Under the pieces are notes generated by a model. It did not search any database. It was given only the letters and a program-made list of their open reading frames with translations, and was not told the origin of the DNA. From the sequence record PZ386970.1: a DNA stretch of 64,000 nucleotides. The stretch is one strand, 5' to 3'. This document shows, in pieces, positions 1 to 11,570 of the stretch. The translations under genes were made by a program, and so were the position numbers. Source of the stretch: a phage. Positions within the stretch are counted from its first letter, which is position 1; every line of letters begins with the position of its first letter.

Positions 1-1839
<1,839 letters not shown>

Positions 1840-1866
1840 AAATAAAGCAAATTAAGAGGAATTAAA

Positions 1867-3849
1867 ATGGCACTTCTCTCTCCGGGCGTTGAGCTCAAAG
1901 AAACTACCGTACAGAGTACTGTAGTTAATAACTCCACTGGTACTGCTGCCCTGGCTGGAAAATTCCAATGGGGACCTGCATTCCAGATTAAACAAATCAC
2001 TGATGAAGTTGCATTAGTTGATATGTTTGGTACTCCTAATACGGATACAGCAGATTATTTCATGTCTGCTATGAACTTCCTTCAATACGGTAATGACCTT
2101 CGTGTTGTACGCGCAGTTGATCGTGATACTGCTAAGAACTCATCTCCTGTAGCAGGCAATATTGAATTCACAATCTCTGCTGCTGGTAGTAACTATGCAG
2201 TTGGTGATAAAATTATCGTTAAGTATTTGACCGAAACTGTTGAAGCAGATGGTTATGTCACTTCAGTTGATGTCGATGGTAAAATTCTTAACATTTATAT
2301 CCCGACCGGTAAAATTATTGCTCGTGCAAAAGAAATTAATGAATATCCAGCATTGGGTTCTAACTGGACCGCCGAAGTTGCCAGTTCTTCTTCTGGACTT
2401 TCTGGCGTTATTACAATTGGTTCTATCGTAACCGATTCGGGTATTCTGTTAACTGAAGTTGAAACTTCTGAAGAAGCTATTACTTCTCTAACTTTCCAAG
2501 AATCTATTAAAAAATATGGTGTCCCAGGCGTAGTTGCTCTTTATCCTGGTGAACTTGGCGACCAGCTAGAAATTGAAATCGTATCTAAAGCAGACTATGA
2601 CAAAGGTGCTTCAGCCCAGTTAAAAATTTATCCTGATGGTGGTACTCGTGCATCTACTGCTAAAGCAATCTTTGGATATGGCCCACAAACTGATGACCAA
2701 TATGCAATTATCGTTCGTCGTAACGATGCTGTAGTTCAGAGCGTAGTTCTTTCTACTAAACGTGGTGAACGCGATATTTATGGTAGTAATATCTTTATTG
2801 ATGATTTCTTTGCTAAAGGCGCAAGCAATTATATTTTCGCTACTGCACAAGGTTGGCCAAAAGGTTTCTCTGGCGTAATCAAACTGAGTGGTGGCTTATC
2901 ATCTAATGAAACGGTTGACGCCGGGGATTTAATGGAAGCTTGGGATTTGTTTGCTGACCGCGAATCTGTTAATGCGCAGTTGTTTATTGCCGGTTCTTGT
3001 GCAGGTGAATCTTTAGAAGTTGCTTCTACAGTTCAGAAACATGTTGTAGCAATTGGTGATTCTCGCCAAGATTGCTTGGTTCTTTGCTCACCGCCACGTT
3101 CAACTATAGTCGGTATTCCTGTTAATCGTGCAGTTGATAATCTGGTTGATTGGCGTACTGCATCAGGAACTTACACTGATAATAACTTTAATGTAAGTTC
3201 TACTTATGCTGCTATTGACGGTAACTATAAATATCAATATGACAAATATAATGACGTGAATCGTTGGGTTCCATTAGCTGCTGATATTGCCGGTCTTTGT
3301 GCTCGCACAGACAATATTTCTCAGCCTTGGATGTCTCCTGCCGGTTATAACCGTGGACAAATTCTTAACGTTATTAAGCTTGCAATTGAAACTCGTCAAC
3401 CACAGCGTGATCGTTTGTATCAGGAAGCTATTAACCCTGTTACTGGTACCGGTGGTGATGGGTATGTTCTGTACGGTGATAAAACTGCCACTTCTGTTCC
3501 TTCACCATTTGACCGTATTAACGTTCGTCGTTTGTTCAATATGGTTAAAACGAACATTGGTTCAGCATCTAAATATCGCCTGTTTGAATTGAACAACGCA
3601 TTTACCCGTTCTTCTTTCCGTACAGAGACTTCTCAATATCTACAGGGTATTAAAGCTCTCGGTGGTGTATATAACTTTAAAGTTGTTTGTGATACTACCA
3701 ATAACACCCCAGCAGTTATCGACCGTAATGAATTTGTAGCTACTTTCTACTTACAACCTGCCCGCTCGATAAATTATATTACGTTGAACTTTGTAGCAAC
3801 AGCAACGGGTGCCGATTTCGACGAACTGATTGGTGCTGTAGGTGGTTAA
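1867..3849 (+). CDS. 18: Contractile tail sheath protein
   Basis: 660-aa ORF; long identical stretches to T4 gp18 (e.g. LSPGVELKETTVQSTVVNNSTGTAALAGKFQWGPAFQIKQ); late promoter TATAAATA upstream. Confidence 0.95.
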   Translation: MALLSPGVELKETTVQSTVVNNSTGTAALAGKFQWGPAFQIKQITDEVALVDMFGTPNTDTADYFMSAMNFLQYGNDLRVVRAVDRDTAKNSSPVAGNIEFTISAAGSNYAVGDKIIVKYLTETVEADGYVTSVDVDGKILNIYIPTGKIIARAKEINEYPALGSNWTAEVASSSSGLSGVITIGSIVTDSGILLTEVETSEEAITSLTFQESIKKYGVPGVVALYPGELGDQLEIEIVSKADYDKGASAQLKIYPDGGTRASTAKAIFGYGPQTDDQYAIIVRRNDAVVQSVVLSTKRGERDIYGSNIFIDDFFAKGASNYIFATAQGWPKGFSGVIKLSGGLSSNETVDAGDLMEAWDLFADRESVNAQLFIAGSCAGESLEVASTVQKHVVAIGDSRQDCLVLCSPPRSTIVGIPVNRAVDNLVDWRTASGTYTDNNFNVSSTYAAIDGNYKYQYDKYNDVNRWVPLAADIAGLCARTDNISQPWMSPAGYNRGQILNVIKLAIETRQPQRDRLYQEAINPVTGTGGDGYVLYGDKTATSVPSPFDRINVRRLFNMVKTNIGSASKYRLFELNNAFTRSSFRTETSQYLQGIKALGGVYNFKVVCDTTNNTPAVIDRNEFVATFYLQPARSINYITLNFVATATGADFDELIGAVGG

Positions 3850-3881
3850 TAAGACACCTGATGGGCTATTTCGGTAGCCCA

Positions 3882-3889
3882 TATAAATA
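3882..3889 (+). promoter_or_regulatory. Late promoter TATAAATA (gene 19)
   Basis: Exact TATAAATA in the 18/19 intergenic region. Confidence 0.6.
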
Positions 3890-3961
3890 TACTATATCGT
3901 TTAAAAATTAATTCTATGGGCCTCCGGTTAATCCTAAGCCCATATTACTACAGAGGCTAAT

Positions 3962-4453
3962 ATGTTTGTAGATGACGTAACTCGCGCCTTCGAATCAGGT
4001 GATTTCGCTCGCCCTAACCTGTTCGAAGTAGAAATCTCTTATCTTGGGCAAAACTTTAGCTTCCAGTGTCGTGCTACGGCTCTTCCCGCTGCGATCGTTG
4101 AAAAGGTTCCTGTTTCTTATATGAACCGTAAAATTAACGTGGCTGGTGACCGTACATTTGACGATTGGACTATTACAGTAATGAACGACGATGCTCATAG
4201 TATTCGTCAGAAATTTGTTGATTGGCAAGGTATTGCAGCAGGACAAGGTAATGAAATTACCGGTGGTAAACCTGCTGAATATAAAAAGACTGCTATCGTT
4301 CGTCAATTTGCTCGTGATGCTAAAACGGTCACTAAAGAAGTTGAAATTGTTGGCTTGTGGCCTACTAACGTTGGCGAAGTATCTCTTGACTGGGACAGCA
4401 ATAACGAGATTGAAACGTTCGAAGTAACTCTTGCTCTTGATTGGTGGGAATAA
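3962..4453 (+). CDS. 19: Tail tube protein
   Basis: 163-aa ORF in T4 gp19 position and size; TATAAATA at 3882-3889. Confidence 0.9.
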   Translation: MFVDDVTRAFESGDFARPNLFEVEISYLGQNFSFQCRATALPAAIVEKVPVSYMNRKINVAGDRTFDDWTITVMNDDAHSIRQKFVDWQGIAAGQGNEITGGKPAEYKKTAIVRQFARDAKTVTKEVEIVGLWPTNVGEVSLDWDSNNEIETFEVTLALDWWE

Positions 4454-4501
4454 TCTGGTTGGGGAGAAATCCCCAGCTTCCCGTGATGACGGAGAAGTCC
4501 A

Positions 4502-4509
4502 TATAAATA
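4502..4509 (+). promoter_or_regulatory. Late promoter TATAAATA (gene 20)
   Basis: Exact TATAAATA about 28 bp upstream of the gene 20 ATG. Confidence 0.6.
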
Positions 4510-4537
4510 TAACTATAATTCCCATTCGGAGAATACA

Positions 4538-6109
4538 ATGAAATTTAATATCTTAAGTTTGTTTGCTCCATGGGCAAAAATGGACGAACGTGATTACAAA
4601 GACCAAGAAAAAGAAAATTTAGAATCTATCACCACACCAAAATTAGACGACGGCGCTAAAGAATACGAAGTATCTGAAAATGAAGCACAGCAAACATATA
4701 ATGCTATGTTTCAGAGAATGTTCGGTAGTCAAGAACCAGGGCTCAAATCAACCCGTGAATTAATCGATACGTATCGAAATTTGATGACGAACTATGAAGT
4801 GGATAATGCAGTCTCTGAAATAGTTTCCGATGCTATCGTATATGAAGATGATACAGAAGTCGTTTCTATAAATTTAGACAACACAAAATTTAGTCCAAAT
4901 ATCAAATCAATGATGTTGGATGAATTTAACGAAGTGTTAAATCATTTATCTTTCCAACGTAAAGGTTCAGACCATTTTAGACGTTGGTATGTAGATTCTC
5001 GAATTTTCTTCCATAAAATTATTGACCCTAAACGCCCTAAAGAAGGTATTAAAGAGCTTCGTCGTTTAGACCCACGTCAAGTTCAATATGTCCGTGAAGT
5101 TATTACAACCACTGAAGCCGGTGTTAAAATAGTCAAGGGTTATAAAGAATATTTCATTTATGACACATCACACGAATCTTATGCTTGTGATGGTCGCATA
5201 TATGAAGCTGGCACAAAAATAAAAATCCCTAAAGCCGCGATTGTTTATGCCCATTCTGGTTTAGTTGATTGTTGTGGTAAAAATATCATCGGTTATTTGC
5301 ATCGGGCTATTAAGCCGGCGAACCAATTAAAACTTCTTGAAGATGCTGTTGTAATTTATCGTATTACTCGTGCTCCAGATCGTCGCGTATGGTACGTTGA
5401 TACAGGTAATATGCCTTCAAGAAAAGCAGCAGAACATATGCAACATGTTATGAATACGATGAAAAACCGTATTGCATATGATGCTACTACAGGCAAGATT
5501 AAAAACCAACAGCATATTATGTCGATGACCGAAGATTATTGGTTACAACGACGTGATGGTAAAGCAGTAACAGAAGTTGATACATTACCAGGTGCAGATA
5601 ATACCGGAAATATGGAAGATGTACGTTGGTTCCGTAATGCGCTTTATATGGCTTTACGTATTCCTATTACCCGTATTCCAAGTGACCAAGGTGGTATACA
5701 GTTTGATGCTGGTACTTCTATTACACGAGATGAATTGTCATTTGGTAAATTTATTCGTGAGCTGCAACATAAATTTGAAGAGATATTCCTAGACCCGCTT
5801 AAAACTAATTTAATTCTTAAAGGAATTATTACAGAAGATGAGTGGAATGATGAAATAAATAATATTAAGATAAAATTTCATCGGGATAGTTATTTCTCGG
5901 AATTAAAGGATGCTGAGATTCTGGAGCGTCGCATTAATATGCTTCAGATGGCCGAACCATTTATTGGTAAATATATTTCCCATAGAACAGCTATGAAAGA
6001 TATTCTTCAGATGTCTGACGAGGAAATTGAACAAGAGGCTAAGCAAATTGAAGAAGAGTCGAAAGAGGCTCGTTTCCAAGACCCCGACCAAGAACAAGAG
6101 GATTTTTAA
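4538..6109 (+). CDS. 20: Portal vertex protein
   Basis: 523-aa ORF; position and size match T4 gp20 (524 aa); TATAAATA at 4502-4509. Confidence 0.93.
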   Translation: MKFNILSLFAPWAKMDERDYKDQEKENLESITTPKLDDGAKEYEVSENEAQQTYNAMFQRMFGSQEPGLKSTRELIDTYRNLMTNYEVDNAVSEIVSDAIVYEDDTEVVSINLDNTKFSPNIKSMMLDEFNEVLNHLSFQRKGSDHFRRWYVDSRIFFHKIIDPKRPKEGIKELRRLDPRQVQYVREVITTTEAGVKIVKGYKEYFIYDTSHESYACDGRIYEAGTKIKIPKAAIVYAHSGLVDCCGKNIIGYLHRAIKPANQLKLLEDAVVIYRITRAPDRRVWYVDTGNMPSRKAAEHMQHVMNTMKNRIAYDATTGKIKNQQHIMSMTEDYWLQRRDGKAVTEVDTLPGADNTGNMEDVRWFRNALYMALRIPITRIPSDQGGIQFDAGTSITRDELSFGKFIRELQHKFEEIFLDPLKTNLILKGIITEDEWNDEINNIKIKFHRDSYFSELKDAEILERRINMLQMAEPFIGKYISHRTAMKDILQMSDEEIEQEAKQIEEESKEARFQDPDQEQEDF

Positions 6110-6339
6110 TGGACGATTTAATTCAAGCTATTAAATCAAACGACCTCGTTGCTACTCGAAAGTTTTTTGAAAGTGCAATGGCAGAAAAAACGGTTCGTTT
6201 GATTGAAGCACGCAAAGCAGAAATCGCTTCTCAATTTTTGATTGAAGGCGAAGAACCTGAAGAAGAAAAGAAAGCTTCGGAAGACGACGTTGATGAAGGC
6301 GATGACGACGAAGACGAAGATGATGAGGACGATGAATAA
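6109..6339 (+). CDS. 67: Prohead core protein (gp67-like), poly-acidic C-terminus
   Basis: 76-aa ORF between portal and gp68 as in T4; C-terminal run [19 protein letters not shown]. Confidence 0.7.
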   Translation: MDDLIQAIKSNDLVATRKFFESAMAEKTVRLIEARKAEIASQFLIEGEEPEEEKKASEDDVDEGDDDEDEDDEDDE

Positions 6340-6764
6340 TGTATCTTATCCCTGAATCTTATGAATTAGTACTCGAAAATGTCGAAGCACTTATTCCTGA
6401 AGCACAGGGCCGAATCGATGCATTGTCTTCTGCTCTCGATATTGACGATATAAATACTATTATCGAGAACATGCTTGAAACTGAAACGGATTTAGCTGTT
6501 GCAATGGCTTCCATTATTAATGAAGAACAGTTAAATGAGTTTATCGTTAAACATGTTTCTTCTCGTGGTGAAGTCACCCGCACTAAAGACCGTAAAACTC
6601 GTGAACGTAACGCGTTCCAAACAACTGGTCTTTCTAAAGCAAAACGTAGACAAATCGCTCGTAAGGTCGTTAAAGCTAAAAAAGCTAACCCTTCAGGCCA
6701 AGTTAAAGGCATGCGTAAGCGTAAAAAAGCTCTTAAACGTCGTAAAGCATTAGGATTAAGCTAA
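6339..6764 (+). CDS. 68: Prohead core protein (gp68-like)
   Basis: 141-aa ORF, ATGA-type coupling to neighbours, basic C-terminus; synteny with T4 gene 68. Confidence 0.7.
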   Translation: MYLIPESYELVLENVEALIPEAQGRIDALSSALDIDDINTIIENMLETETDLAVAMASIINEEQLNEFIVKHVSSRGEVTRTKDRKTRERNAFQTTGLSKAKRRQIARKVVKAKKANPSGQVKGMRKRKKALKRRKALGLS

Positions 6765-7405
6765 TGAATAAACCCGAGTTACTTATTGAAACTTGGGGTC
6801 AACCCGGTGAGATTATTGATGGCGTTCCAATGTTGGAATCTCATGATGGAAAAGATTCTGGCTTAAAACCAGGGCTTTATATAGAAGGTATTTTTCTTCA
6901 GGCAGAGGTTGTTAACCGAAATAAACGTTTATATCCTAAACGCGTTTTGGAAAAAGCAGTAAGTGACTATATTAAAGAACAAGTCGCAACCAAACAAGCC
7001 CTTGGAGAATTAAACCATCCACCTCGCGCAAATGTTGACCCTATGCAAGCCGCTATCATTATTGAAGATATGTGGTGGAAAGGAAACGATGTATATGGAC
7101 GCGCTAGAATTATTGAAGGCGACCACGGTCCCGGCGATAAATTAGCTGCTAATATACGAGCCGGTTGGATTCCAGGTGTTTCCTCTCGTGGTCTTGGTTC
7201 TTTAACCGACACCAATAAAGGGTACCGTATCGTGAACGAAGGATTTAAATTAACCGTCGGCGTAGATGCCGTATGGGGACCTTCTGCTCCAGATGCTTGG
7301 GTTACTCCTAAACAAATATCAGAATCAGAAAATTCGGTGGAAATCACCAAAAACAGTGCTGACGAAGCATTTAAAGCTCTCGCAGAGAGTTTAAAAGCAT
7401 TATAA
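6764..7405 (+). CDS. 21: Prohead core scaffold protein and protease
   Basis: 213-aa ORF; size and position of T4 gp21 (212 aa). Confidence 0.88.
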   Translation: MNKPELLIETWGQPGEIIDGVPMLESHDGKDSGLKPGLYIEGIFLQAEVVNRNKRLYPKRVLEKAVSDYIKEQVATKQALGELNHPPRANVDPMQAAIIIEDMWWKGNDVYGRARIIEGDHGPGDKLAANIRAGWIPGVSSRGLGSLTDTNKGYRIVNEGFKLTVGVDAVWGPSAPDAWVTPKQISESENSVEITKNSADEAFKALAESLKAL

Positions 7406-7408
7406 ATA
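7401..7408 (+). promoter_or_regulatory. Late promoter TATAAATA (gene 22)
   Basis: Exact TATAAATA about 30 bp upstream of the gene 22 ATG. Confidence 0.6.
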
Positions 7409-7438
7409 ATAATGTAATCTAAACCACAGGACACTAAA

Positions 7439-8251
7439 ATGATCAAAGAACAACTTTTGAAAGAAGCTCAGAACATCGAGACTTCAGTTGCTCTTAATAG
7501 TGTTTTCGAATCAGTAGAACTGTCTCCGGACGTTAAAGCTAATTTCAGCACTGTATTCGAAGCCACCGTTAAGCAGGAAGCAGTCAAACTGGCTGAATCT
7601 CATATCAAAGCTATCGCCGAAAAAGCCGAAGAAGAAGTTGAAAAGGCTAAAGAAGACGCTGAAGAGAAAGCTGATAAAAAATTGGCTGAACAAGCTTCTA
7701 AATTCCTAGACCATCTTGCAAAAGAATGGCTCACAGAAAACCAAATCGCAGTTGATAAAGGCATTAAAGCTGATTTGTTTGAATCCATGCTTGGTGGTCT
7801 GAAAGAACTGTTTGTTGAACATAACGTTGTTGTTCCAGAAGAATCTGTAGATGTTGTAGCAGAAATGGAAGAAGAGCTGGCCGAACATAAAGAAGAAACC
7901 GCTCGTTTGTTCGAAGAAGTTACCAAACGTGATGCATATATCAATTACGTTCAGCGTGAAACCGCTATTAATGAAAGCGTAAAAGACCTGACTGAATCTC
8001 AGAAAGAAAAAGTTATTGGCCTGGTTGAAGGTATGGATTATTCTGACGCATTTGGTACTAAGTTAACTGCTATTGTAGAAATGGTTAAAGGTTCTACTAA
8101 AGAAGAAGCCGCTATTACCGAAAGTATAAATACAGTTGACAATGACGCTGCCGGTCTTAATTTTGTTGCCGAAGCAGTTGACACTACCACAACTCAGGTA
8201 GAACAGAATTCTAATGTAAGTTTATATGCGAAAGTCGCATCTCGTTTCTAA
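7439..8251 (+). CDS. 22: Prohead core scaffold protein
   Basis: 270-aa highly acidic, helical ORF (E/K/A rich) in gp22 position; TATAAATA at 7401-7408. Confidence 0.88.
   Translation: MIKEQLLKEAQNIETSVALNSVFESVELSPDVKANFSTVFEATVKQEAVKLAESHIKAIAEKAEEEVEKAKEDAEEKADKKLAEQASKFLDHLAKEWLTENQIAVDKGIKADLFESMLGGLKELFVEHNVVVPEESVDVVAEMEEELAEHKEETARLFEEVTKRDAYINYVQRETAINESVKDLTESQKEKVIGLVEGMDYSDAFGTKLTAIVEMVKGSTKEEAAITESINTVDNDAAGLNFVAEAVDTTTTQVEQNSNVSLYAKVASRF
8125..8132 (+). promoter_or_regulatory. Late promoter TATAAATA (gene 23), inside the gene 22 3' end
   Basis: Exact TATAAATA about 137 bp upstream of the gene 23 ATG. Confidence 0.5.
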
Positions 8252-8268
8252 TTTAAAGGTTAACACAA

Positions 8269-9837
8269 ATGACTACTATCAAAACTAAAGCTCAGCTCGT
8301 AGACAAATGGAAAGAACTGCTGGAAGGTGAAGGCCTGCCGGAAATCGCTAATAGCAAGCAGGCTATTATCGCTAAAATCTTCGAAAACCAGGAAAAAGAT
8401 TTCGAAGTATCCCCTGAATATAAAGACGAGAAAATCGCTCAGGCATTTGGTTCTTTCTTGACCGAAGCTGAAATTGGTGGTGACCACGGTTATAATGCTC
8501 AGAACATCGCAGCAGGTCAAACCTCTGGTGCAGTAACCCAAATTGGGCCGGCAGTTATGGGTATGGTTCGTCGTGCTATTCCTAATCTGATCGCTTTTGA
8601 TATTTGTGGTGTTCAGCCTATGAACAGCCCGACCGGTCAGGTATTTGCTCTCCGTGCAGTATATGGTAAAGACCCTATCGCTGCTGGCGCTAAAGAAGCT
8701 TTCCATCCGATGTATGCCCCAGACGCGATGTTCTCTGGTCAGGGTGCTGCTAAGAAATTCCCAGCTCTGGCTGCTGACACTACTACTGTTGTAGGTGATA
8801 TCTATACTCACTTCTTCCAAGAAACTGGTACTGTATATCTGCAAGCTTCTGCTGTCGTAACACTTGATTCTAGTGCAACTGATGCAGCTAAATTAGATGC
8901 AGAAGTTAAGAAACAAATGGAAGCTGGTGCACTGGTAGAAATCGCTGAAGGTATGGCTACTTCTATCGCTGAACTCCAGGAAGGTTTCAACGGTTCTACC
9001 GATAACCCATGGAATGAAATGGGCTTCCGTATCGATAAACAAGTTATCGAAGCTAAATCTCGCCAGCTGAAAGCTGCTTACTCTATCGAATTAGCACAAG
9101 ACCTCCGTGCAGTACACGGTATGGATGCTGATGCTGAACTGAGTGGTATTCTTGCTACTGAAATTATGCTGGAAATCAACCGTGAAGTTGTTGACTGGAT
9201 TAACTACTCAGCACAGGTCGGTAAATCTGGTATGACACTGACTCCAGGTTCTAAAGCGGGTGTATTTGACTTCCAGGACCCGATTGATATCCGTGGTGCT
9301 CGTTGGGCCGGTGAAAGCTTTAAATCTCTGTTGTTCCAGATTGATAAAGAAGCAGTTGAAATTGCTCGTCAAACCGGTCGTGGTGAAGGTAACTTCATTA
9401 TCGCTTCCCGTAACGTAGTTAACGTACTGGCATCAGTTGATACTGGTATTTCTTACGCTGCACAGGGTCTGGCTTCTGGTTTTAATACCGACACTACTAA
9501 GTCTGTATTCGCCGGTGTACTTGGTGGTAAATACCGCGTATACATCGACCAGTATGCTAAACAGGATTACTTCACCGTTGGTTACAAAGGCGCTAACGAA
9601 ATGGATGCAGGTATCTACTATGCTCCTTACGTTGCACTTACCCCACTGCGTGGTTCCGATCCTAAGAACTTCCAGCCGGTAATGGGCTTTAAAACTCGTT
9701 ACGGTATCGGTGTTAACCCGTTTGCTGAAAGTTCCCTGCAGGCTCCAGGTGCTCGCATCCAGTCCGGTATGCCGTCTATCCTGAACAGCCTTGGTAAGAA
9801 CGCTTACTTCCGCCGTGTATATGTAAAAGGCATCTAA
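8269..9837 (+). CDS. 23: Major capsid protein
   Basis: 522-aa ORF (T4 gp23 is 521 aa); high codon bias; TATAAATA at 8125-8132 inside the gene 22 3' end; strong terminator at 9862. Confidence 0.96.
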   Translation: MTTIKTKAQLVDKWKELLEGEGLPEIANSKQAIIAKIFENQEKDFEVSPEYKDEKIAQAFGSFLTEAEIGGDHGYNAQNIAAGQTSGAVTQIGPAVMGMVRRAIPNLIAFDICGVQPMNSPTGQVFALRAVYGKDPIAAGAKEAFHPMYAPDAMFSGQGAAKKFPALAADTTTVVGDIYTHFFQETGTVYLQASAVVTLDSSATDAAKLDAEVKKQMEAGALVEIAEGMATSIAELQEGFNGSTDNPWNEMGFRIDKQVIEAKSRQLKAAYSIELAQDLRAVHGMDADAELSGILATEIMLEINREVVDWINYSAQVGKSGMTLTPGSKAGVFDFQDPIDIRGARWAGESFKSLLFQIDKEAVEIARQTGRGEGNFIIASRNVVNVLASVDTGISYAAQGLASGFNTDTTKSVFAGVLGGKYRVYIDQYAKQDYFTVGYKGANEMDAGIYYAPYVALTPLRGSDPKNFQPVMGFKTRYGIGVNPFAESSLQAPGARIQSGMPSILNSLGKNAYFRRVYVKGI

Positions 9838-9861
9838 TCTTAATTGATTAAATCTTATTTT

Positions 9862-9885
9862 GGGAGACTTCGGTCTCCCATTTTT
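9862..9885 (+). terminator. Intrinsic terminator after gene 23 (GGGAGAC-UUCG-GUCUCCC + U tract)
   Basis: Perfect 7-bp GC-rich stem with UUCG tetraloop followed by ATTTTTGGTTTT. Confidence 0.8.
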
Positions 9886-9889
9886 GGTT

Positions 9890-10159
9890 TTATTTCTGTG
9901 CAATTTCGATGTAAGTTTTCAAAATATTTTGCCAATTAGGCATACCTTCTTGGACATATGCCGGAGAACCATCTTTGTTTTTGAATGATGCAAGTTTATC
10001 AGTGGCCCAATAACCTTTAGCTCGAGCTTCAGAATCAACTTTCATCCATACTTTGTTGAAGGCATTACCATTAACTTTTGCACCATATTTTTCTACTAAC
10101 TTAACGGCTTCAGCTTCTAGAACTTTTAAAGTATCTCGTAAGAAACGTGCTTTAGTCAT
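9890..10159 (-). CDS. Hypothetical protein (89 aa) in the 23/24 intergenic region
   Basis: Reverse-strand ORF with GAGGAG RBS 9 nt upstream of ATG and an early-type promoter motif upstream; no recognisable homology. Confidence 0.5.
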   Translation of the reverse strand: MTKARFLRDTLKVLEAEAVKLVEKYGAKVNGNAFNKVWMKVDSEARAKGYWATDKLASFKNKDGSPAYVQEGMPNWQNILKTYIEIAQK

Positions 10160-10189
10160 TTTGTTTACTCCTCTGTAGTTGATAAGTCT

Positions 10190-10219
10190 ATAGTATCACA
10201 TACCAAATACGTTGTAAAC
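10190..10219 (-). promoter_or_regulatory. Early promoter motif (GTTTAC-N18-TACTAT) for the 23/24-gap ORF
   Basis: Minus-strand GTTTACAACGTATTTGGTATGTGATACTATAGAC. Confidence 0.5.
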
Positions 10220-10225
10220 AATCTT

Positions 10226-10233
10226 TATAAATA
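10226..10233 (+). promoter_or_regulatory. Late promoter TATAAATA (gene 24)
   Basis: Exact TATAAATA about 28 bp upstream of the gene 24 ATG. Confidence 0.6.
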
Positions 10234-10260
10234 ATCTATATCACATAAGGAAAAAATGCA

Positions 10261-11541
10261 ATGAGTAAAATCCAAAAATTATTGCGTGAATCTACAACGT
10301 CTACTAGCAACTCAATCGGTCGCCCAAATCTCGTTGCTTTGACTCGCGCTACGACTAAATTAATATATTCTGACATTGTAGCAACACAAAGAACTAATCA
10401 ACCTGTTGCTGCTTTTTATGGTATTAAATATCTTAACCCAGATAACGAATTCACATTTAAAACCGGCGCTACTTATGCTGGCGAAGTTGGATATGTGGAC
10501 CGAGAAAAAATTACTGAGCTCACAGAAGAATCAAAAGCCACACTAAATAAAGGCGATTTTTTCAAATATAATAATATCGTCTATAAAGTGTTAGAAGATA
10601 CACCATTTGCAGATATTCAAGAAAGTGATCTAGAATTAGCTCTTCAGATTGCAGTCGTTCATTTAAAGGTACGGTTATTTTCAGATGCAGCGGTAACAAG
10701 CAAATTTGAAAGCTCTGGTAGCGAAATTTCTGATGCAAGATTCCAGATTAATAAATGGCAAACTTCAGTCAAATCACGTAAACTTAAAACTGGCCTCACG
10801 GTCGAATTAGCGCAAGATTTGGAAGCGAATGGATTTGATGCCCCTAACTTCTTAGAAGATTTGCTTGCTACTGAAATGGCTGATGAAATTAATAAAGATA
10901 TTCTTCAGTCTTTAATTACTGTATCGAAACGTTATAAAGTTACTGGAATTACTGACACCGGATTTATTGACTTGAGTTATGCGTCTGCTCCGGAAGCAGG
11001 TCGTTCGTTATATCGAATGGTGTGTGAAATGGTATCACACATTCAAAAAGAGTCAACTTATACTGCAACGTTTTGCGTAGCTTCAGCTCGTGCAGCTGCT
11101 ATTCTTGCTGCTTCGGGTTGGTTAAAACATAAACCAGAAGATGATAAGTATCTTTCACAAAATGCTTATGGATTCTTGGCAAATGGATTACCTCTTTACT
11201 GCGATACCAACAGTCCGTTAGATTATGTTATTGTGGGTGTTGTAGAAAATATCGGCGAAAAAGAGATTGTAGGGTCCATCTTTTATGCTCCATACACTGA
11301 AGGAATGGATTTAGACGACCCGGAACATGTCGGTGCATTTAAAGTTGTAGTTGATCCGGAAAGCTTACAACCGTCTATAGGTTTATTGGTTAGATATGCT
11401 TTATCAGCAAATCCTTACACAGTAGCAAAAGATGAAAAAGAAGCGAGAGTAATTGATGGCGGGGACATGGATAAAATGGCAGGACGTTCAGACTTGTCTG
11501 TTTTACTCGGTGTTAAATTGCCTAAAATTATTATAGATTAA
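10261..11541 (+). CDS. 24: Head vertex protein
   Basis: 426-aa ORF (T4 gp24 427 aa); TATAAATA at 10226-10233; terminator downstream. Confidence 0.93.
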   Translation: MSKIQKLLRESTTSTSNSIGRPNLVALTRATTKLIYSDIVATQRTNQPVAAFYGIKYLNPDNEFTFKTGATYAGEVGYVDREKITELTEESKATLNKGDFFKYNNIVYKVLEDTPFADIQESDLELALQIAVVHLKVRLFSDAAVTSKFESSGSEISDARFQINKWQTSVKSRKLKTGLTVELAQDLEANGFDAPNFLEDLLATEMADEINKDILQSLITVSKRYKVTGITDTGFIDLSYASAPEAGRSLYRMVCEMVSHIQKESTYTATFCVASARAAAILAASGWLKHKPEDDKYLSQNAYGFLANGLPLYCDTNSPLDYVIVGVVENIGEKEIVGSIFYAPYTEGMDLDDPEHVGAFKVVVDPESLQPSIGLLVRYALSANPYTVAKDEKEARVIDGGDMDKMAGRSDLSVLLGVKLPKIIID

Positions 11542-11542
11542 T

Positions 11543-11569
11543 AAAAAGGGACCTTACGGTCCCTTTTTC
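11543..11569. terminator. Bidirectional terminator between gene 24 and rnlB
   Basis: AAAAAGGGACC-TTAC-GGTCCCTTTTT; A-tract and T-tract flank a 6-bp stem. Confidence 0.75.
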
Positions 11570-11570
11570 G

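Noticed and set aside
3995-4525. 176-aa - strand ORF opposite gene 19
   Set aside because: Antisense to the tail tube gene with low-complexity translation; no independent support.
8260-8844. 194-aa - strand ORF inside gene 23
   Set aside because: Antisense shadow ORF within the highly expressed major capsid gene; no RBS and fully overlapped by a confidently identified CDS.
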